Source: Marinosulfonomonas sp. (GTDB taxonomy: Bacteria; Pseudomonadota; Alphaproteobacteria; Rhodobacterales; Rhodobacteraceae). From it: a DNA stretch of 41,517 nt. Numbering within the stretch: the first letter of the stretch is position 1; every line of letters begins with the position of its first letter. Both the position numbers and the translations under genes were made by a program. Shown piece by piece: positions 35,494 to 41,517 of the stretch. The stretch is from contig JALSJL010000469.1 in assembly GCA_026989405.1 (NCBI GenBank), positions 1 to 41,517 of the forward strand, read 5' to 3'. The notes beneath the pieces were generated by a model. The model was not told the origin of the DNA, did not search any database, and saw only the letters and a program-made list of their open reading frames with translations.

Positions 35494-36353
35494 GCCGCGG
35501 CTCCGGCCCAGTCCCAATACAGCTCGCGCGCCAGGCGCGTGACCGGACCGATCTCGTATTCGCGGTCTTCAAACCGGGTAATCGGCGTGACCTTGGAAAT
35601 GTTGCCGGTCAGAAAGACTTCATCGGCGGCCTCGAAATCTTCGAAGCTCAGCGTTTCCTCGCGCACGTCCCGGCCGGCGTCGCGCAAAAGGCCGATGATG
35701 CGCTGGCGCGTGACCCCGTTCAGGAAGGTGCCGTTGGGGACCGGTGTGCGCACGATGCCGTCCTTGACCATGAACACGTTGGCGGTGGCCGTTTCCGCCA
35801 CGTTGCCAAGCGCGTCGGCCACAAGGGCATTGTCGAACCCCCGAGAGCGCACATCGCGCAGCATCCGGCCGTTGTTGGGGTAAAGACAGGCCGCTTTTGC
35901 ATCGACAGGTGCCATCGTGATCATCGGGCGGATGAAGCGGGTGCGCCCCAGTGTCTGCGCCGCGTCGGGCGCGGCCATCGGGATCTGTTCGAGGCAAAGG
36001 CTGAAAACCGTCGACTCCGGGTCCGGCATCACGACGCCCGGGCCCCCTTCCGTCGACCAGCACATCGGGCGGATGTAGACGGCGGCATCGGCGTCGAATT
36101 TCGCAACGCCTTCCTCGACCAGCGCCGCCATTTGCGCAACCTCCATCACGGGTCTGAGCCCCATCGCCCCGGCCGACCGGTTGAACCGTTCCAGGTGCGG
36201 CACCAGGTCGGGCATCACGCCATCAAAGGCGCGCGCGCCGTCAAACACCAGAGAGCCAAGCCACGTCCCGTGGTCGGCCGCGTTCATGACCGGCAAGTCG
36301 CCCTGGTGCCATGCGCCCTTGAACCACGTCCAGATCACTTCTCCGACCGCCAT
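35490..36353 (-). CDS. class IV (branched-chain amino acid / D-amino acid type) aminotransferase
   Basis: 287 aa. Blocks typical of fold-type IV enzymes: GSLVFDGARAF, YIRPM, ETATANVFMVKDG, LNGVTR, EVFLTGN. Confidence 0.8.
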   Translation of the reverse strand: MAVGEVIWTWFKGAWHQGDLPVMNAADHGTWLGSLVFDGARAFDGVMPDLVPHLERFNRSAGAMGLRPVMEVAQMAALVEEGVAKFDADAAVYIRPMCWSTEGGPGVVMPDPESTVFSLCLEQIPMAAPDAAQTLGRTRFIRPMITMAPVDAKAACLYPNNGRMLRDVRSRGFDNALVADALGNVAETATANVFMVKDGIVRTPVPNGTFLNGVTRQRIIGLLRDAGRDVREETLSFEDFEAADEVFLTGNISKVTPITRFEDREYEIGPVTRLARELYWDWAGAAA

Positions 36354-36431
36354 ATTCCATTCCTCCGCTTCGTCCGGCCCCAGACTCGGAGCCGGTCATG
36401 CACCGACGATAACGCCAATCCGCCCCGGGCT

Positions 36432-38057
36432 TCAACCAGCGGAGATCAGGTGTTCCGCGAACTGTTCGCGCAGTTTGTTCTTGAGAACCTTGCCGGTCGC
36501 GCCGATCGGCAGTTCCTCGACGAAAATCACATCGTCCGGCACCTGCCACGACGCGATCTTGCCGTCATAGAAATCGAGCAGCTCCTGCCCGGTGACATCC
36601 GCGCCCTCGGCCTTCACGACGATCAGCAACGGGCGTTCATCCCACTTTTCATGCCGCGCCGCGATGGCCGCGGCATTGGCAACACCGGGGTGCGCGATGG
36701 CGATGTTTTCCAGTTCCACCGTCGAAATCCACTCGCCGCCCGACTTGATGATATCCTTCGAGCGGTCGCGGATCACCAGGTAGCCATCGCCATCAAGGGT
36801 CGCCACATCGCCGGTGTCGAACCATCCATCGTCGGTCAGCGCGCTTTCATCGGCGCCGAAATAGCTTTCGACAACCCAATGGCCGCGGATTTGCAGATCG
36901 CCCTGCGTTTCGCCATCGTTGGGCAACACCTTGCCCTCGGCATCGACGATGCGCAGTTCAACCCCCCAGGGCGGGCGGCCCTGGCCAAGGCGAACCTTTG
37001 CCATGTCCTCGGCGTCAAGACCGACATGTTTTTGCAGAATCTGGTTCATCGAGCCCAGCGGACTGGTTTCGGTCATGCCCCAGGCGTGGATCAGTTCCAC
37101 ATCGTATTTCTCGCGGAATGTCGCGATCATCGAGGGCGCAAGGGCCGAGCCACCCACGACGGTGCGCTCCAGGCTTGCCGCCCTGGACCCGGTCGCTTCC
37201 AGCGCCCCCAGCAGGCCCAGCCAGATCGTCGGGACGCCCAGCGCCAGCGTGACCTTTTCCCCGTCGATCAGCCTGACCAGGCTCTCGCCATCCAGCCCCG
37301 GCCCCGGCAGCACCAGCTTGCAGCCCACCGCCGCGGCGATATAGGGCACGGCCCAGGCGTTGACATGAAACATCGGCACGACCGGCAGAACGGTGTCACG
37401 CGCGGCAATCGCCAGCCCGTCGGGCTGGTTGCCGCCGATGGCGTGCAAGACCGTCGAACGATGGGTGTATTGAACGCCTTTCGGGTGGCCCGTGGTGCCC
37501 GACGTATAGCACAGCGACGAAGGAGAGTTCTCGTCAAGTTCGGGCCACCGGTAGTCCTGATCGCCGGTTTCCAGCAACTCGTCGTAGAATATCAGCCCCG
37601 GCACCATCGCCGCGGCCTCTTCATCGCGCGGGCCCAGCAGCACCACATGCTCGACCGTTTTCAGATGCTCGCCCAGTTTTGCGGCCACCGGCAGGAACGT
37701 CTTGTCAAGAAACAGCACCTTGTCCTGAGCATGGTTGATGATGTAGATCAACTGTTCCGGAAACAGCCGCGGATTGATCGTGTGGCACACCAGCCCGGCG
37801 CCGGCGACGCCGAAGTAGACCTCCAGATGCCGGCGGTTGTTCCAGGCGATGGTTGCGCAGCGATCCCCCTGTTCCAGCCCCAGCTTGCCCAGCGCTGAAG
37901 CCAGGCGGCGCGCATTCGCTTCGACCTCGCCCCAGCTTGTGCGGCTGACCTCGCCGGTGGTTTCCACCGAGACGACCTCGCCGCCGGCATGGTAACGTGC
38001 CGCGTGTTCGATCAGCGAACTGATCGTCAGCGGCTGGTGCATCATTGTGCCTGACAT
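36432..38057 (-). CDS. AMP-dependent acyl-CoA synthetase (medium/long-chain fatty-acid--CoA ligase family; resembles roseobacter DmdB-type ligases)
   Basis: 541 aa. AMP-binding signature YTSGTTGHPKGV. The N-terminus MMHQPLTISSLIEHAARYH resembles my memory of 3-(methylthio)propionyl-CoA ligases, but the substrate cannot be called from sequence. Confidence 0.85.
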   Translation of the reverse strand: MSGTMMHQPLTISSLIEHAARYHAGGEVVSVETTGEVSRTSWGEVEANARRLASALGKLGLEQGDRCATIAWNNRRHLEVYFGVAGAGLVCHTINPRLFPEQLIYIINHAQDKVLFLDKTFLPVAAKLGEHLKTVEHVVLLGPRDEEAAAMVPGLIFYDELLETGDQDYRWPELDENSPSSLCYTSGTTGHPKGVQYTHRSTVLHAIGGNQPDGLAIAARDTVLPVVPMFHVNAWAVPYIAAAVGCKLVLPGPGLDGESLVRLIDGEKVTLALGVPTIWLGLLGALEATGSRAASLERTVVGGSALAPSMIATFREKYDVELIHAWGMTETSPLGSMNQILQKHVGLDAEDMAKVRLGQGRPPWGVELRIVDAEGKVLPNDGETQGDLQIRGHWVVESYFGADESALTDDGWFDTGDVATLDGDGYLVIRDRSKDIIKSGGEWISTVELENIAIAHPGVANAAAIAARHEKWDERPLLIVVKAEGADVTGQELLDFYDGKIASWQVPDDVIFVEELPIGATGKVLKNKLREQFAEHLISAG

Positions 38058-38299
38058 GGTTTTCGGGCCTCCCTTTTGTGGGCGAAAGCTAGAGCAAATT
38101 TTCGGTTCTGGTAAGACGATTCTTTCATTTCAGCCGCGCCTTCACGCGGCCACTACCGAACCGCGCGACCTGGCTTCAGGTTGATTTCGCCCGTGGCAAG
38201 GCGTCCCGGCAAAGGCCGGTCTCGTTCGCCTGCCGGTAAAGTTTCGCAGATACGATTTCCGACTTGCCGCCAATCGCGGCTGCCATTAAACGGGTCGGC

Positions 38300-38389
38300 G
38301 GAGACGTGGCCGAGTGGTCGAAGGCGCTCCCCTGCTAAGGGAGTAGGCGGGAAACCGTCTCGAGGGTTCGAATCCCTTCGTCTCCGCCA
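38300..38389 (+). tRNA. tRNA-Ser (anticodon GCU)
   Basis: 90-nt class II tRNA GGAGACGTGGCCGAGTGGTCGAAGGCGCTCCCCTGCTAAGGGAGTAGGCGGGAAACCGTCTCGAGGGTTCGAATCCCTTCGTCTCCGCCA. Anticodon loop C-T-GCT-A-A; long variable arm; GGTTCGAATCC T-arm; encoded CCA. Confidence 0.95.
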
Positions 38390-38845
38390 CTGCCCTGCGA
38401 GAACCCGTTCTCCGCTTGTGGCCAACCCCTGATTTTCTTGCCGTTTTCAAAGGCCTTGGCCGACGGGCCGTTCACCTTCGTCCGCACAGATTCTCCAGAA
38501 TCCGTCTCTCCGGGCCGTTTTCCTCTGAACCTCACGACTGCGGTAACCTGGTGAACCATCTGCAAGACACTGGAATCACACCATTAATTTGCAACGCAAC
38601 CTGAACACTTCGATGCCGGTGGCGTTTGCCGGCAATCGGCCGGGATCGGGCGTTCGCCAGCATGAGAACATTGCCTGCCACGCGTCCTCCCGGGTCCGGG
38701 GCCGGTCGCCGGCCGGACGGGCGCGTCGTTTCCTGGTCTTGAACAGGGCTCCCTCCGGGGGGAAACCCCAGCCTGCCCGCCAGCTGTCACGCAGCCCAGG
38801 CCCGCCGCGCGGCCTCAAATGCAAGTCATACCGCCATTTTCGGCG

Positions 38846-39297
38846 TCAACCCGTGCGCCCCAGCACCCGCCCCAGCAGGCCGGGTCTTGCGGGTTCAGGC
38901 ACCGGCAGCGCGTCCGGCGCAACCCGGCTCAGCGCCCATTTCGGCAAGACCGGCGCGCCCCCTATCGAGCAGCTCGACCCCATGTTCACCGGGTCGAACA
39001 TCTTGACGAAACCGGGGGCGTTCAGGTCATCGGCATAGATCACCCCGCAAAGGCCCGACCGGCGCCGCGCTTCCAGCAACGGGCGGGCCTGAGCGAGAAA
39101 CTCCGCAAAGGTCTCGGCACTGGCCACGGCGGTCGGGGGGGCGCCTTGCGGATCGAACACGAACCAGCCCTCGGGCGCCGCCGCCAGCCGCTCCCAGAAC
39201 GCATCGAACGCGTCCCAGTCGAGGATGCCCGAGAACTTGCCGCGAAACGCCCGCCAGTAGGGCGTATCCGGGTAGAACGCATCGTTTTTCCGAGCCA
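38846..39297 (-). CDS. hypothetical protein (about 150 aa)
   Basis: Tracked ORF 38846..39535 trimmed to MARKNDAFYPDTPYWRAF... at 39297 (alternative 39318). The upstream part of the ORF is R/G/P-rich junk that overlaps the IclR gene's 3' end. Coding-like bias; no family recognised. Confidence 0.5.
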
Positions 39298-39360
39298 TGT
39301 CAGTGCCTTTCGCTGTCATGCCGCGCCACGATAGCGGCCTGCGCCGGGGATGTCGAACCC

Positions 39361-40191
39361 TCAGCCCGCGGCCGGAACGCGCCCGCCGACAAGGCGGGTG
39401 ACAGTCTGTGCCGCCTCGACCACGGCCTCGCCGATCGGGGCCAGATCGCCGTCGCCGAAACGCGCCAGCGGGCCAGAGACCGACAGCCCGGCAAACGCCT
39501 CGCCAAACGCGTTGTAGATCGGCGCGGCCACGCAACGCATCCCGGCGTAATGTTCCTCGTCATCCAGCGCCCAGCCCCGCGCCGCGCTGCGCTCGAGGTC
39601 GGCAAACAGCGCCTCGGGCGTGGTCAGCGACTTTTCGGTGAACCCCGGCAGACCGGTCGCGCGCAGGATCTTTTCCACGTCCGGCCGCGCCATCGCCGCC
39701 ATCAGCGCCTTGCCGATCCCCGACACATGCATCTGGCTGCGGGTGCCGGGCCGAAAGAACGCCCGGATCGGATTTTGCGTTTCGACCTGCGAAACATAGA
39801 CGATATGGGCATTTTCCAGGATCGCCAGGTTCGCCGTTTCGCCGGTCTTTGCCATCAGGTCCCGCAGCGTCCGGCGCGAGCCATCCACGAGGTTCGTGCG
39901 CACCAGATAGGCGCTGCCGATCCGAAACGCCCCCACCCCGACCGACCATTCCTGCACGCTGTCGTCAAAGCCGACCATCCCGTGCCCATGCAGCGTGGCC
40001 AGCAGCCGGTGCGTGGTCGATGCCGGCAGGCCGACCTGTTCGGACAAGGCGCTGAGCGTCGCCCCACCCAGCCGCGCCAGCGCCTCCAGCACTAGCAACC
40101 CGCGCTCCAGCGCCTGCACGGTCTGCGGCTCGGTCGGGCGCGACAGGCGCGGGCGTCCGCGCTTTCTTTTCGGGGCCGCTTCATTCGCCAT
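39361..40191 (-). CDS. IclR family transcriptional regulator
   Basis: Tracked ORF 39361..40317 trimmed to the Met at 40191 (MANEAAPKRKRGRPR...). N-terminal wHTH LSALSEQVGLPASTTHRLLATLHGHGMV and a C-terminal IclR effector domain. Confidence 0.85.
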   Translation of the reverse strand: MANEAAPKRKRGRPRLSRPTEPQTVQALERGLLVLEALARLGGATLSALSEQVGLPASTTHRLLATLHGHGMVGFDDSVQEWSVGVGAFRIGSAYLVRTNLVDGSRRTLRDLMAKTGETANLAILENAHIVYVSQVETQNPIRAFFRPGTRSQMHVSGIGKALMAAMARPDVEKILRATGLPGFTEKSLTTPEALFADLERSAARGWALDDEEHYAGMRCVAAPIYNAFGEAFAGLSVSGPLARFGDGDLAPIGEAVVEAAQTVTRLVGGRVPAAG

Positions 40192-40277
40192 TTTTCGGTC
40201 CTTTCGTTTCTGAAATCGCCAGCCAGCCGGGCCAGGGCAATTTTCATGCCCTGCTCTGCCGGCAGGAATGAAAAAGG

Positions 40278-40337
40278 TTTTCAGCATTGTTTTCAGAACT
40301 ATAGGTATTTTTTCCAAAAAACAGAACTATTTTTCAG
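40278..40337. promoter_or_regulatory. AT-rich divergent control region with repeated TTTTCAG / CAGAACTAT motifs
   Basis: In the 212-bp gap between iclR (-) and the aminotransferase (+): TTTTCAG at 40278, 40290 and 40331; CAGAACTAT at 40294-40302 and 40322-40330. Strikingly AT-rich against the GC-rich background. Confidence 0.4.
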
Positions 40338-40403
40338 AAAAATTGTAAATTCGGAGCGCTCCTGTATTCTGGCATCCACAGATTCCCGAATGAAGGACTT
40401 TCC

Positions 40404-41517
40404 ATGTTTGGCCTCAACCCGGTCTTCATCCCCGGCCCGACCAACATCCCCGACCGGCTGCGCGCCGCCATGAACGTGCAGACGCTCGACCACCGCGCGC
40501 CGGACTTCGTGCAGGTCTTCGCCCCGGTTCTGGCCGACCTGAAAAAGGTGTTTCGCACCGAAAACGCCGAGACATTCGTCTTTCCGGCCAGCGGAACCGG
40601 CGGCTGGGAGGCGGCGCTCACCAACACGCTTGGCCCAGGCGACAAGGTGCTGGTGGCGCGCTACGGCATGTTCAGCCACCGCTGGATCGACATGTGCCAG
40701 CGCCACGGGCTGGACGTGCAGGTGCTCGAATGCGAATGGGGCACCGGCGCGCCGGCCGACCGTTTCGCCGAGACGCTTGCCGCCGACAGCGCGCAGGACA
40801 TCAGGGCCGTGCTGGTCACCCATAACGAAACCGCAACCGGCGTGGTTTCCGATGTGGCTGCCGTGCGCGCCGCCATCGACAGCGCCGACCACCCGGCGAT
40901 GCTGTTTGTCGATTGCGTCTCGTCGCTCGGCTCGATGGATTTCCGCATGGACGACTGGGGCGTCGACATTGCCATTGCCGGCTCGCAGAAGGGGTTCATG
41001 CTGGCTGCCGGCGCGGCCATTCTCGCCGCATCCCCCAAGGCTCTGGCGGCGATGGACGGCGCGCGGGCGCATCGCTGCTATTTCGATTTCCGCGACATGC
41101 GCGCGGCCAATGCCTCGGGCGGGTTTCCCTACACCCCGCCGCTCAACCTGATCTTCGGGTTGCGTGAAAGCCTCGACATGCTGTTCGAGGAAGGGCTCGA
41201 CAACGTCTTTGCCCGCCACCACCGCCTTGCAACAGGCGTGCGCAAGGCGGTTGACGCCTGGGGGCTCAGGCTGGTGGCGAAGTCGCCAAAGCTCCAGTCC
41301 GACAGCGTCAGCGCCATCTATGTGCCCGAGGGTTTCGATTCCAACGCGCTCACCGATCACGCCTATGCCACCTACGACGTCTCCTTCGGCGTCGGGTTGG
41401 GCGAGATGAACGGCAAGGCCTTCCGCATCGGCCATCTCGGGGCGCTGAGCGACGTGATGGTGCTTTCCGGGCTGGCCACCGCGGAAATGGCGATGAAAGA
41501 CATGGATTTCCCGATCG
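40404..41517 (+). CDS. class V aminotransferase (serine--glyoxylate / alanine--glyoxylate type), 3' end outside the window
   Basis: Not in the supplied track because no stop is reached. My translation from the ATG at 40404 (GAAGGA RBS) is open to the window end: MFGLNPVFIPGPTNIPDRLRAAMN...VTHNETATGV...AGSQKGFML (PLP-Lys)...KAFRIGHLGALSD. Confidence 0.85.
   Translation, partial: MFGLNPVFIPGPTNIPDRLRAAMNVQTLDHRAPDFVQVFAPVLADLKKVFRTENAETFVFPASGTGGWEAALTNTLGPGDKVLVARYGMFSHRWIDMCQRHGLDVQVLECEWGTGAPADRFAETLAADSAQDIRAVLVTHNETATGVVSDVAAVRAAIDSADHPAMLFVDCVSSLGSMDFRMDDWGVDIAIAGSQKGFMLAAGAAILAASPKALAAMDGARAHRCYFDFRDMRAANASGGFPYTPPLNLIFGLRESLDMLFEEGLDNVFARHHRLATGVRKAVDAWGLRLVAKSPKLQSDSVSAIYVPEGFDSNALTDHAYATYDVSFGVGLGEMNGKAFRIGHLGALSDVMVLSGLATAEMAMKDMDFPI

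Noticed and set aside
33826-35883. 685-aa plus-strand ORF across coxE/coxD (also 33419..34663, 36132..37898, 31107..32135, 29817..30713, 15941..17140, 16317..17231, 17912..18919, 20518..21858, 21383..22408)
   Set aside because: All are antisense to genes with strong family motifs. Their translations are dominated by Arg/Pro/Ala/Gly runs with no domain signatures.
38300-39297. Genomic island or integrative element inserted at tRNA-Ser
   Set aside because: No integrase, excisionase or transposase ORF follows the tRNA. I found no direct repeat of the tRNA 3' end in the window.
40299-41435. 378-aa minus-strand ORF, the only tracked ORF covering the last kilobase
   Set aside because: Its composition (R/A/G/H/V-rich, no motifs) is typical of an antisense shadow. 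The opposite strand encodes a clear class V aminotransferase from 40404.

Overview
Visibly GC-rich bacterial chromosome segment with strong G/C third-position bias. The proteins look alphaproteobacterial (Rhodobacterales/roseobacter-like). (1) 1-11.5 kb, + strand: a TCA supercluster mdh(partial)-sucC-sucD-sucA-sucB-lpdA, interrupted by four non-TCA genes (two signal-peptide hypotheticals, a family-2 sulfotransferase, a MAPEG protein). The perfect 10-bp palindrome TGTGATCACA occurs twice upstream of sucC and once 7 nt upstream of a GntR/FCD regulator gene at 12.35 kb, a candidate regulon link. (2) 11.7-13.7 kb: GntR regulator, DUF45/M48 metallopeptidase, FYDLN-acid protein, tRNA-Ala(GGC). (3) 13.7-28.9 kb: an N-heterocycle (nicotinate-type) catabolic island. 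Its minus-strand operon of overlapping genes encodes an FAD subunit, a fused 2Fe-2S/MoCo hydroxylase, a 6-hydroxynicotinate-reductase-like protein, a UPF0280 protein and two tandem DUF1185 paralogs, followed by a class III aminotransferase. Divergent from it are an enamidase-like amidohydrolase, a LivJHMGF-type ABC importer, and then a MarR regulator. The UPF0280 + 2x DUF1185 module has no assigned function and is my best candidate for an undescribed system. (4) 29-38 kb, - strand: acyl-CoA ligase, class IV aminotransferase, coxD (MoxR), coxE (VWA), coxG, coxS, coxL, coxM. This is a form II (AYRGAGR) CODH-like molybdoenzyme of unknown substrate. (5) tRNA-Ser(GCU), a hypothetical protein, an IclR regulator, an AT-rich divergent control region, and a 3'-truncated class V aminotransferase that is absent from the supplied ORF track. 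I saw no CRISPR array, IS/transposase, integrase, rRNA or recognisable prophage/defence genes. Many long ORFs in the track are antisense shadows typical of high-GC DNA.
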